From Buchnera aphidicola str. APS (Acyrthosiphon pisum) (GTDB lineage: Bacteria > Pseudomonadota > Gammaproteobacteria > Enterobacterales > Enterobacteriaceae): DNA of 32,000 bases. Where the stretch lies: assembly GCF_000009605.1 (NCBI RefSeq), contig NC_002528.1:300001-332000 (forward strand), read 5' to 3'. Of the stretch, positions 1-9,444 are shown piece by piece. Positions within the stretch are counted from its first letter, which is position 1. Every line of letters begins with the position of its first letter. The position numbers were made by a program, and so were the translations under genes. Under the pieces are notes generated by a model. The model searched no databases. It saw only the letters and a program-made list of their open reading frames with translations, and was not told the DNA's origin.

Positions 1-78
1 ATATATTTTTTAAAATTTTTTAAGTGAATGTAAAAGAATTAAAAATAATGACTTCTATTTTACAATAAATCATATTAT

Positions 79-501
79 TTAAATAATACTCATAGGTAAT
101 AACTCACGGGGTTGTCCCGTCTTATTAATAGCTACATAAATAAATATTGCTTCTGCAGCACAGTAGTATTGACCTAATGGTTTAGAATAAATTTTTTTAA
201 TCCATATTTCTACATTAATTTTAATAGAACTTTTTCCAATTTTAATGCAATTTGCATAACAATTAACAATATCACCAACTGACACAGATTTTAGAAAATT
301 AATACTATCAACACGTACAGTAGCTACCTTGCCACCAGAAATTTCTTTAGCCAATATTGCGCCGCCTAGATCCATTTGAGACATAATCCAACCACCAAAA
401 ATATCACCATTAGCATTAATATTTTCAGGCATTGAAAGTGTTTTTAACACTATTATTCCCTTTGGTAATTTATTTTTTTCTGACATTATTAAAATGTTCA
501 C
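79..501 (-). CDS. yciA: Acyl-CoA thioesterase YciA
   Basis: ORF contains hotdog thioesterase sequence ANGDIFGGWIMSQMDLGGAILAKEISGG, closely matching E. coli YciA; adjacent to yciB and yciC. The true start is probably the internal Met at about 486 (MSEKNKLPKG). Confidence 0.93.
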   Translation of the reverse strand: MNILIMSEKNKLPKGIIVLKTLSMPENINANGDIFGGWIMSQMDLGGAILAKEISGGKVATVRVDSINFLKSVSVGDIVNCYANCIKIGKSSIKINVEIWIKKIYSKPLGQYYCAAEAIFIYVAINKTGQPRELLPMSII

Positions 502-522
502 TCTATTATTAGGTTATAAAAA

Positions 523-1080
523 TTATTTATTTTTTGATATTTTACAATTGATATAGATACTTGTTATTAAAATTAAAAAAAATGTTAAAGATGTAAAACC
601 AAAAACTTTAAAATTTACCCATATAGTTTCTGAAAAATAATATGCTATATAAATGTTTAAAATAGCGCAAAATAAAAAAAATAAAGACCAGATAAAATTA
701 ATTTTGCGCCAATAAATATTAGATATTTTTATATCTTTTTCTAAAAATCTTTGTATCATTGGTTTTCTTGTAAAAAATTGACTAATTAATAATACTAAAG
801 AAAAAATTATATAAATAATTGTTATTTTCCATTTAATAAATTGACTGTTATGAAAAAAGATTGTTAGAGAACCAAAAAAAAAGACTGAAAGAAAACTAAA
901 TAAACTAATTTTATCTATTTCATTATAAAAAATCCAATGGATTATACATATTAATCCCGATATAACAATTAGCGAACCAGAAGCTATAAAAATATCATAA
1001 AATTTATAAAATATGAAAAATATGAACATTGGTAATATATTTAATATTTGTTTCATAATATAAACCTGAATAATTTTCAA
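523..1080 (-). CDS. yciB: Inner membrane protein YciB / septation protein IspZ family
   Basis: 185-aa hydrophobic ORF starting MKQILNILPMFIFFIFYKFYDIFIAS, typical of YciB; syntenic between yciA and yciC. Confidence 0.9.
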   Translation of the reverse strand: MKIIQVYIMKQILNILPMFIFFIFYKFYDIFIASGSLIVISGLICIIHWIFYNEIDKISLFSFLSVFFFGSLTIFFHNSQFIKWKITIIYIIFSLVLLISQFFTRKPMIQRFLEKDIKISNIYWRKINFIWSLFFLFCAILNIYIAYYFSETIWVNFKVFGFTSLTFFLILITSIYINCKISKNK

Positions 1081-1083
1081 TTT

Positions 1084-1863
1084 TTAAGAACGCAAGAAAA
1101 TCATATAAAATCGAAATAAGTATATAATTAAAATCGAAAATAGTATATTCATACTAATATTTGATATTAAAAATAGAACGTTTTTGTTAATCAAAGAAAA
1201 ATGAGCTAGCAACATAGTTAAAATAAACTTACCACACATCCAAAATAATACACCTGGTCCTATTATTTTTATATATTTCCAAGAAATATACATACTAAGA
1301 CGAATAGAATCTAGTAATCTATTCTTTTTAAAAAATAAAATAATAGGAGATAAAGATAGTATTATAGATAATAATATTCCTGGGATAATTAACAACATAA
1401 AACCTATCTGAATAATAAAAGTAGTTAAAAAATTTAATATAAATAAACTTGGAAAAAATAAAAAAAAAGTTCTTATTGATGATACAATTGATTTTTTTTT
1501 AGGTTCAGATACAACAGAAATTAAAATGATAATACTTCCTAATAATGTGGTTTTACTAATTAATGATTCCATAATTTTTAAAATAGAATATTTTAATAAT
1601 TCATGTTTTTCATTTAAATTCATATTTTGAATGAATTCTAATAATGAGCTAGTGTTGATAAATTTATTATTTTCCATTATAGACACAATATGCATATCTG
1701 GTTTAATAAACATATCTATTAATATATTCATAAAAGTAGCAAATATAGATATAAAAAAAATAGCTCCTATTTTTTTGTAAAAAAAATGATGCGTATCATG
1801 ACGTAATTTATTTACTGTAATCGGCATATGTATATTCCTTATAAATAACTTTATATGATGCAA
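1084..1863 (-). CDS. yciC: YciC/UPF0259 family multi-pass membrane protein
   Basis: 259-aa membrane ORF in the conserved yciA-yciB-yciC order. Confidence 0.85.
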   Translation of the reverse strand: MHHIKLFIRNIHMPITVNKLRHDTHHFFYKKIGAIFFISIFATFMNILIDMFIKPDMHIVSIMENNKFINTSSLLEFIQNMNLNEKHELLKYSILKIMESLISKTTLLGSIIILISVVSEPKKKSIVSSIRTFFLFFPSLFILNFLTTFIIQIGFMLLIIPGILLSIILSLSPIILFFKKNRLLDSIRLSMYISWKYIKIIGPGVLFWMCGKFILTMLLAHFSLINKNVLFLISNISMNILFSILIIYLFRFYMIFLRS

Positions 1864-1931
1864 AGATTATACATATTATTTGATATGAGAATGTTTTTAA
1901 AACATAAAAGATTACATATTATATAAAAATA

Positions 1932-2741
1932 TTATTCTAATTTAGTAGAAAGTTTTAATAAATGAGTAAATTTTTTTATTTCTTTAATCATTTTTTTTTC
2001 TTGATTTAAATATTTTTCAATAATATTTATTATTGCTGAACCACATATTACACCAGATAAGCCTGATGATATTGCTTCTTTTATTTGTTTAGGATTTGAA
2101 ATACCAAAACCTTGTAATAGAGGGACAGAATTATATTTTTTTATTTTATTTATAAAATCTCTAGGTAATGCAATAGTATTATTTTTAATCCCGGTTACTC
2201 CAGGACGAGATAATACATAAATAAATCCTTGTGCATATAAAGAAATTTTATATAAAAAGTCTGCGTCTGCATCAGGAGGACAGATAAAAATAGGATTAAT
2301 TTTATATTTATTTGCTATATTATAAAAAATTTTTGATTCTTCAATTGGAACATCTGCTATAAGTACAGAATCTAAACCAGAATTAAAGCATTGAAAATAA
2401 AAATTATCAATACCTTGATTATATACAAGATTTGCATATATCAAAATACCAATAGGTAATTTTTTATTTTTTTTACGTAATTGTTTTAATATTTTAAAAT
2501 ATTCAAAAAAAGTATTATTTTTAGATAAAGCACGTAAATTAGATTTTTGCACAGTTGGTCCATCAGCTAATGGATCTGAAAACGGAATACCGATTTCTAA
2601 AGCATCCGCACCACTTTTTATTAAAGTTTCAATAATTTTTATTGATGTTTCTAAAGAAGGATCACCTAAAACTACAAAAGGGATAAAACATCCTTCTTTC
2701 AAGCAAGATAATCTTTTAAATGTTTCCTGATATCGATTCAT
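1932..2741 (-). CDS. trpA: Tryptophan synthase alpha subunit
   Basis: Contains [22 protein letters not shown] with catalytic Glu/Asp, and GFGISNPKQ; adjacent to trpB. Confidence 0.98.
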
Positions 2742-2759
2742 GATTACTCTCCTTCTTTT

Positions 2760-3926
2760 TTAAAACATCATGTACTGTAAAAATATCTTTATCTCCACGA
2801 CAGAAAGATTAGCAATTAAAATTTGTTCTATTGTAGGATCTTTTTTCATTAATTTTAATGCATATGCTAATGCATGAGAAGATTCTAAAGCAGGAATAAT
2901 GCCTTCTTTTCGAGATAAAACCTGAAATGCACTTATTGCTTCCTCATCAGTAATAGAGACATATTTCGCACGGTTAATACTATTCAACCAAGCATGTTCA
3001 GGACCAACAGATGGAAAATCTAATCCTGCTGAAATTGACCAAGATTCTTGAATCTGACCCTGTTTATTTTGCATCAAATGTGATTTCATACCAAAATAAA
3101 TACCGGTTCTACCATGTTTTAATGGTGCCCCATGTTTTCCTGTGTGTATCCCATAACCAGCCGGTTCTACTCCGATTAAATTAACTTTATCATTAATAAA
3201 ATCTGAAAATATACCAATAGCATTAGATCCACCGCCAATACATGCAATAATTGAATCAGGAAGTTTGTTTTCTTTTTCTAAAATTTGTTTTTTTGTTTCT
3301 TCCCCAATCATCTTTTGAAATTCACGAACAATAGTGGGATAGGGATGTGGTCCAGCTGCAGTACCAATCATATAATGAGATTTTTTATAACTACTAGACC
3401 AATCGCGTAAAGCTTCATTACATGCGTCTTTTAGTGTTCCAGAACCGTTTTTAACTGAGATGACTTCTGCACCCATTAATTTCATACGAAACACATTTGT
3501 GTTTTGTCTTTTAATATCTTTAATTCCCATGTAAATTCTACATTTTAAATTAAATAGTGCACAAGCAATTGCAGAAGCTACACCATGTTGTCCAGCACCT
3601 GTTTCAGCAATAATTTCTTTCTTTTTCATTCTAATTGCTAACATAGCTTGACCTAATACTTGATTAGTTTTATGTGCTCCACCATGTAGTAAATCTTCTC
3701 TTTTAAGATAAATTTTTGTTTTTGTTCCTTTGGTTAAATTTTTACATAGAGTTAATGGAGTAGGTCTGCCAGCATAGTTTTGTAATAAATAAAAAAATTT
3801 TTTTTGAAATTCAGCATCTTTTTGCGCGGAAACAAAATTTTTTTCCAATTCAAATAAAGCTGGCATTAATATTTGTGGAACGTACATACCGCCAAACTCA
3901 CCAAAATAAGGATTTAGTAAAGTCAT
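2760..3926 (-). CDS. trpB: Tryptophan synthase beta subunit
   Basis: Contains the PLP lysine motif [21 protein letters not shown] and GGGSNAIG. Confidence 0.99.
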   Translation of the reverse strand: MTLLNPYFGEFGGMYVPQILMPALFELEKNFVSAQKDAEFQKKFFYLLQNYAGRPTPLTLCKNLTKGTKTKIYLKREDLLHGGAHKTNQVLGQAMLAIRMKKKEIIAETGAGQHGVASAIACALFNLKCRIYMGIKDIKRQNTNVFRMKLMGAEVISVKNGSGTLKDACNEALRDWSSSYKKSHYMIGTAAGPHPYPTIVREFQKMIGEETKKQILEKENKLPDSIIACIGGGSNAIGIFSDFINDKVNLIGVEPAGYGIHTGKHGAPLKHGRTGIYFGMKSHLMQNKQGQIQESWSISAGLDFPSVGPEHAWLNSINRAKYVSITDEEAISAFQVLSRKEGIIPALESSHALAYALKLMKKDPTIEQILIANLSVVEIKIFLQYMMF

Positions 3927-3963
3927 ATAATTATTTTCCTTGATTGATTAATTAAAAAATTAT

Positions 3964-5325
3964 TTAACCATATCTTAATTTTTGAAAAATTGATTTTATT
4001 TTCTTGTAGTCTTTAATACCAGGAGATATTTCTACGCCGGAATTTAAATCTAATCCTGAGCATTTTAGTTTAGAAGCTGTAATACAATTCTTTAAATTAA
4101 TTCCTCCAGCTAAAATAACATTATCTAAAATATGATGGTTTAAAATAGACCAATTAAAAGATGTATTACTTCCTCCAGAATCAGAGTCAAATATATACAT
4201 ATTTACATTGTCCCAATTGCGATCTGGCAATTCTGATTGAATAGAAAAAGCTTTCCAAATATTGATTTTTTTAGGTAGTATATTCCTTAATTTATCAATA
4301 TATTGTTTATTTTCTTGTCCATGCAGTTGTACACCATAAAGTGATAGTTCTTCAGCAATATCTACGATAATATTGATATTTTCATTTTGAAAAATTCCGA
4401 TCAATTTTAATTTTCTATTTATAGAAATATTTTTTGCAGTTTTTTTAGTAATATAACGAGGAGAATTTTTTACAAAAATAAGTCCGCCGTAAATTGCTCC
4501 GTATTTTTCAGAAACTTCTATATCTATACTACGAGTTAATCCGCAGACTTTATTATCACCAAAAATTATAGAACGAACGGCTGTCTCTAAATTAGTTTGA
4601 GACATCAAATGAGAACCAATTAAAAAACCATTGACAAATTTACTAAGTTCTTTTATTTCTCTATATTTTTTTATACCTGATTCGCTTATTATTATAGTAT
4701 CTTTTTTAATTAAAGAAGATAAAGTACGTGTACGATTTAAATCAATTGATAAATCATGCAAATTGCGATTGTTAATACCTATAATATTAGCATTTAATTT
4801 TAGAGCACGTTTTAATTCCTCTATATTATTTACTTCAGTTAGTATGCCCATATTTAATTTTTTTGCAATTATAGATAGTTCTTTATACTGTATATCATTT
4901 AAAACAGATAACATTAATAAAATAGCATCTGCATTATAATATCTAGATAAATATACTTGATATGGATCAATAAAAAAATCTTTGCATAAAACAGGTTGAG
5001 AAACACATTCTCTTACTATATTTATAAAATTTAAATTTCCATGAAAATATTTTTCATCTGTCAGGACTGAAACAGAAGATGCATATTTTTTGTAAACATT
5101 AGAAATTTCAATTAAATTAAAATTGTTTCTAATAATACCTAAAGAAGGAGATTTCTTTTTATATTCTAATATAAAACATGGTTTTTTTTCTTTTAAAGAA
5201 TGGTAAAAATCCCGTGTTTTTTTATTTATTTTATCTTTAAAATCAATTAAAGGCTGTTTTTCTTTTCTTAATCTAATCCATTCACTTTTATCTTGTATAA
5301 TTTTTTTAAGTGTTGTGTCTTGCAT
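3964..5325 (-). CDS. trpC: Bifunctional indole-3-glycerol phosphate synthase / phosphoribosylanthranilate isomerase
   Basis: 453 aa with an N-terminal IGPS domain (FILEYKKKSPSLG, IIGINNRNLHDL) and a C-terminal PRAI domain (KVCGLTR, VQLHGQE); fused trpC(F) architecture as in E. coli. Confidence 0.97.
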   Translation of the reverse strand: MQDTTLKKIIQDKSEWIRLRKEKQPLIDFKDKINKKTRDFYHSLKEKKPCFILEYKKKSPSLGIIRNNFNLIEISNVYKKYASSVSVLTDEKYFHGNLNFINIVRECVSQPVLCKDFFIDPYQVYLSRYYNADAILLMLSVLNDIQYKELSIIAKKLNMGILTEVNNIEELKRALKLNANIIGINNRNLHDLSIDLNRTRTLSSLIKKDTIIISESGIKKYREIKELSKFVNGFLIGSHLMSQTNLETAVRSIIFGDNKVCGLTRSIDIEVSEKYGAIYGGLIFVKNSPRYITKKTAKNISINRKLKLIGIFQNENINIIVDIAEELSLYGVQLHGQENKQYIDKLRNILPKKINIWKAFSIQSELPDRNWDNVNMYIFDSDSGGSNTSFNWSILNHHILDNVILAGGINLKNCITASKLKCSGLDLNSGVEISPGIKDYKKIKSIFQKLRYG

Positions 5326-6334
5326 GATTATCTTCTTTTAACATGTTGGCAACATTTCGTATATGTTTATAAACATCTCCGCTTCTAATTTTATTTAATG
5401 CTAATTTAGTATTTTCTTTTAAATTTTCGTATCCGAATACTTTTAATAACATAGCTACATTTACTGCTATTAATTCTTCGTATAATTTACTGCCTTTTCC
5501 TTTCATTATTTCTTTAATAATATGATAATTTTCTTCTAAAGAATTAATTTTTAAAATTTTTTTAGGATGCATTTTTAAGCCAAAACTTTCCGGCTGAAGT
5601 TGATATGATATAATTTTTTTATTTAATAACTCAGAAACATATGTTGTTCCATATAAAGTAACTTCATCTGTGTTATCACTATGTAAAACAATTGCTCTTT
5701 TATATTGTAAATTTTTTAAAATATTAACTGCAATATTTATTAGATTTTTATTATATACACCAATGACAGAAAGAGGAGGTGTTGCAGGATTTAGAAAAGG
5801 ACCTAAAAAATTAAAAATAGTTTTAGTCTTTAAATCTGTACGAACATTATTAGAATATTTAAAACCGTCATGATATTTAGGTGCAAATAAAAAACAAATG
5901 TTTAATTGATCTAAAGTTTTACGAGATTTTTCTGGAGATGCATTTAGATTTATATTGAATTTTTCTAAAATATCAGAAGAGCCTGATTTACTAGAAATTC
6001 TTTGATTGCAATGTTTAATAATTTTTAAACCACATGTTGCTGCTACAAATGCACTCATGGTTGAAATATTGATAGTGTTTTTAGCATCTCCTCCTGTTCC
6101 TACGATATCAGAAAAAATATAATCAGGTTTTGGAAAATATTTCATTTTGTCTAAAAATGCTTTTATTGCTCCTGTTATTTCTTCGATTGATTCACCTCGT
6201 ATTTTCATTGCTGTTAATATAGATGCTAGTTTTATATCTGTTATTTTTCCAGAAGAAATTAATGTAAACAATTGATAACTTTCTTCTTGATTTAAAAATT
6301 TTGAATCATAAATTTTAAGTAAAATATTTCGCAT
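5306..6334 (-). CDS. trpD: Anthranilate phosphoribosyltransferase
   Basis: Contains DIVGTGGDAKNTINIST and KHCNQRISSKSGSSD. The 3' end overlaps the trpC(F) start by 20 bp, suggesting translational coupling. Confidence 0.97.
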   Translation of the reverse strand: MRNILLKIYDSKFLNQEESYQLFTLISSGKITDIKLASILTAMKIRGESIEEITGAIKAFLDKMKYFPKPDYIFSDIVGTGGDAKNTINISTMSAFVAATCGLKIIKHCNQRISSKSGSSDILEKFNINLNASPEKSRKTLDQLNICFLFAPKYHDGFKYSNNVRTDLKTKTIFNFLGPFLNPATPPLSVIGVYNKNLINIAVNILKNLQYKRAIVLHSDNTDEVTLYGTTYVSELLNKKIISYQLQPESFGLKMHPKKILKINSLEENYHIIKEIMKGKGSKLYEELIAVNVAMLLKVFGYENLKENTKLALNKIRSGDVYKHIRNVANMLKEDNHARHNT

Positions 6335-6449
6335 TTATTACCTTTTAGTAAATTTTTTAAACAAGTTTTTATTTATATTTAAAATATTTAAAAATTTATA
6401 TTTTGTTAAATTTCCACAATAATCTATTGATGTGAATAATTCAATTTAA

Positions 6450-6484
6450 ATTTTAAAAACTTTATTTTATAAAGTTTTTAAAAT
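6450..6484. repeat. Perfect inverted repeat: 16-bp arms, 3-nt loop
   Basis: ATTTTAAAAACTTTAT-TTT-ATAAAGTTTTTAAAAT in the divergent intergenic region between trpD (-) and the transporter gene (+). Confidence 0.7.
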
Positions 6485-6568
6485 CAAAATTTATACTAAA
6501 AAACAAAAATATAACTATTATTTATAGACACTATATGTGTTATATTTTTATTTTTTGGGGCCTTTTAA

Positions 6569-7492
6569 ATGAATAAAATATTAGTGATAATATTATTTTC
6601 TTTAGTTTCTCTTACTTGGGGGACCACATGGATTGCAATGAAAATTGCAACAGAAACAATTCCTCCTTTTTTTGCTACTGGAATGCGTTTTTTAGTTGCA
6701 TCTCCTATATTAATTATTTTAGCGTATTTTACAAAAACCCCACTCTTATTTCCATACGGACAGAGATGGTTTCAATTAATCATTTCAATTTTTTATTTTT
6801 CTATTCCATTTGCATTAATGTTATATGGAGGTATGTATGTTAGCTCTTCTGTAGCTTCTATTATATTTTCCAGTATGCCTGTAGCTGTATTAACAGTATC
6901 ATTTTTATACTTGAAAAAAAAATTATTTCTAACTCAAAAAATAGGCATGTTTATTTCTTTAATAACATTGTTAACTATTTTGCTAATAGAATTAGAATCA
7001 CAATGTTTTTTTCAGTGGAAGGGAATTTTAGCTTTACTGTTTGCTTTATTTAGCCATGCTTTTATTTACTCTGAATGTCAAAAAAAATGTTTAAACGTAT
7101 CTGTTATAACTTTTAATGCTTTACCATCATTATTATCTGGAATATTGTTATCTACTACATCTTGGTTTATAGAAAGTCCTCATATTAATACTTTTTCTAA
7201 TAGATCTATTTTAGCGATATTTTATCTTGGAGATTTTTCTGGTATTTTTGGTATTTTATCTTATTTTTATTTACAACAAAAAGTTAGTGCATTTTACGCT
7301 TCTACTGTTTTTTTAATTTTTCCAGTGATTGCTGGATTTTTAGAAAATTATATTTATAAAAATGCTATTTTATTATGTGAAATATGGTTTATTTTCCCAT
7401 TAATTATTGGAATATTATTAACTTTAATCCCCGTTAATTATCTAAAAAAGATAAGAAATAAAATAACGAGACTATCATGTTTGCTATTTTAG
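6569..7492 (+). CDS. EamA/DMT-family permease (10-TM drug/metabolite transporter type)
   Basis: 307-aa hydrophobic ORF starting [33 protein letters not shown], the typical EamA N-terminal signature; duplicated TM half with a second EamA-like repeat. Confidence 0.88.
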
Positions 7493-7520
7493 TATAACAC
7501 CACTATAAAGGGTTTAATAA

Positions 7521-8273
7521 ATGAGCGAAAAGATACAAAAAATATTATCTCATTTGGGATACGGTTCACGTCGCAATATTGAAAACATGATTAAGTTTGG
7601 AGACATATCTATTAATGGAAAAAAAATAGTAATTGGACAACGTTTAAATAACAAAAATATTGAAGTAATTACTATTAAGGGAGAAACAGTATCTATAAAA
7701 AAAACAGATTTTAAAACAAAAATAATAATTTACAACAAACCAGAAGGGGAAATATGTACCAGAAATGATTATAAAAAACGACCTATTGTATTTGATAAAT
7801 TACCATTGTTGAATATTCATAGATGGATAAGTATTGGAAGATTAGACATCAATACGAGAGGATTGTTGTTATTTACAAATAATGGAAATCTAGCTAACGA
7901 ACTTATGCATCCAAGCAATAAAATAGAAAGAGAATACTATATTAGGGTTTTTGGAAAAATTAATAAAAATACAATGAATATTTTAAAAAATGGAGTTAAA
8001 ATTAAAGATGGTAATGCTGCATTTAAAAGTATACAGACTATTGATCATGCATGTTCAAAAAAAAATAAATGGTTTAAAGGTGTTTTATGTGAAGGAAGAA
8101 ATCGTGAAATTAGATCTATGTGGCAAGCAGTTCAATGTCAAGTTAGCAGGTTAATTAGAATACGATATGGCAATATTTTTTTACCAAAAAATTTAAAATT
8201 AGGAGATTGGAGCGAATTAAGTTCTGAATCAGTAAATAATTTATCTAATCTAGTTTCTTTAAAAGATTCTTGA
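7521..8273 (+). CDS. rluB: 23S rRNA pseudouridine synthase RluB family
   Basis: S4-like N-terminus (EKIQKILSHLGYGSRRNIENMI), catalytic region SIGRLDINTRGLLLFTNNG and EGRNREIRSMWQAV. Confidence 0.92.
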   Translation: MSEKIQKILSHLGYGSRRNIENMIKFGDISINGKKIVIGQRLNNKNIEVITIKGETVSIKKTDFKTKIIIYNKPEGEICTRNDYKKRPIVFDKLPLLNIHRWISIGRLDINTRGLLLFTNNGNLANELMHPSNKIEREYYIRVFGKINKNTMNILKNGVKIKDGNAAFKSIQTIDHACSKKNKWFKGVLCEGRNREIRSMWQAVQCQVSRLIRIRYGNIFLPKNLKLGDWSELSSESVNNLSNLVSLKDS

Positions 8274-8347
8274 AATCATTTTATATAAAAAATTATTTTT
8301 TTATTTTAAAAAACATTTGTTCTATTTTTTTTAAAAAGGTTTATTGT

Positions 8348-9358
8348 GTGAATTTACTTTTAAATTATGAATTATTCTTAGCAAAAATTATTACTTTTAT
8401 TATAATTAGTATTTCCATATTAATTTTGTTTTATACTATAATAAAAAGAAAAAAAAATATTCAAAGTAAAATCAAGATTACTTTATTACAAGATAATTAT
8501 AAAAATGTAAAAAATAAAATTTTATTATCTACAATGAAAAATGTTGAAAAAAAAATATGGTTTAAAAAACAAAAAGAAAAAAATAAAAAGGAACTATTAC
8601 TTAAAAATAACAAGAAAAAATTGTTTGTATTAGATTTTAAAGGCGATGTTTATGCAAACGAAGTTGTTGGATTGAGAGAAGAAATATCTGCTATTCTTTT
8701 AGTAGCAAACAAACATGATGAAGTATTATTGAGACTAGAAAGCTCGGGAGGTGTAATTCATGGATACGGCCTAGCAGCATCTCAGTTAAATAGATTACGT
8801 CAAAAAGGAATACGTTTAATTGTTTCTGTAGATAAAATTGCAGCAAGTGGAGGATATATGATGGCATGTGTTGCAGATTATATTGTTTCAGCGCCATTTG
8901 CGATAATAGGTTCGATTGGAGTAGTCGGTCAAATACCTAATTTCAATAAGTTATTAAAAAAATGTAATATAGATTTTGAACTTCATACAGCTGGAGATTA
9001 TAAACGTACTTTAACAATGTTTGGAAACAATACTGAATCTACACGTAAGAAATTCTGTGATGAGTTAAATACAACACATAAACTTTTTAAGAGTTTTATT
9101 AAAGAAATGAGGCCATCTCTAGATATTGAAGACGTTTCTAATGGAGAACACTGGTTTGGAACTATTGCTTTAGAAAAAAAATTAGTAGACCAAATTGGGA
9201 CAAGTGATGATATCTTAATATCTAAAATGGAAGAATACACTTTGTTAAGAATTCAATATATTTATAGAAAAAAAATATTAGAACGTTTTACTGCTTCAGT
9301 AACACATAATCTCAGTGAAACGTTACTAAAAATATTTTTTTATAAAAATTATTTATAG
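8348..9358 (+). CDS. sohB: Protease SohB, S49/SppA family (ORF-track frame opens at 8270; proposed GTG start at 8348)
   Basis: Contains IDKIAASGGYMMACVADYIVSAPFAIIGSIGVVGQIPNF. The N-terminus from the GTG, (V/M)NLLLNYELFLAKIITF, aligns with the E. coli SohB start, and AAGGT lies about 8 nt upstream. Confidence 0.9.
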   Translation: MNLLLNYELFLAKIITFIIISISILILFYTIIKRKKNIQSKIKITLLQDNYKNVKNKILLSTMKNVEKKIWFKKQKEKNKKELLLKNNKKKLFVLDFKGDVYANEVVGLREEISAILLVANKHDEVLLRLESSGGVIHGYGLAASQLNRLRQKGIRLIVSVDKIAASGGYMMACVADYIVSAPFAIIGSIGVVGQIPNFNKLLKKCNIDFELHTAGDYKRTLTMFGNNTESTRKKFCDELNTTHKLFKSFIKEMRPSLDIEDVSNGEHWFGTIALEKKLVDQIGTSDDILISKMEEYTLLRIQYIYRKKILERFTASVTHNLSETLLKIFFYKNYL

Positions 9359-9444
9359 TTTTCAAAATAAATACAATTTAAATATTCTTATGCGATATCA
9401 ATATTTTTTTCAATCTAAATTAATGTAATTTACTGGATAGAAAA

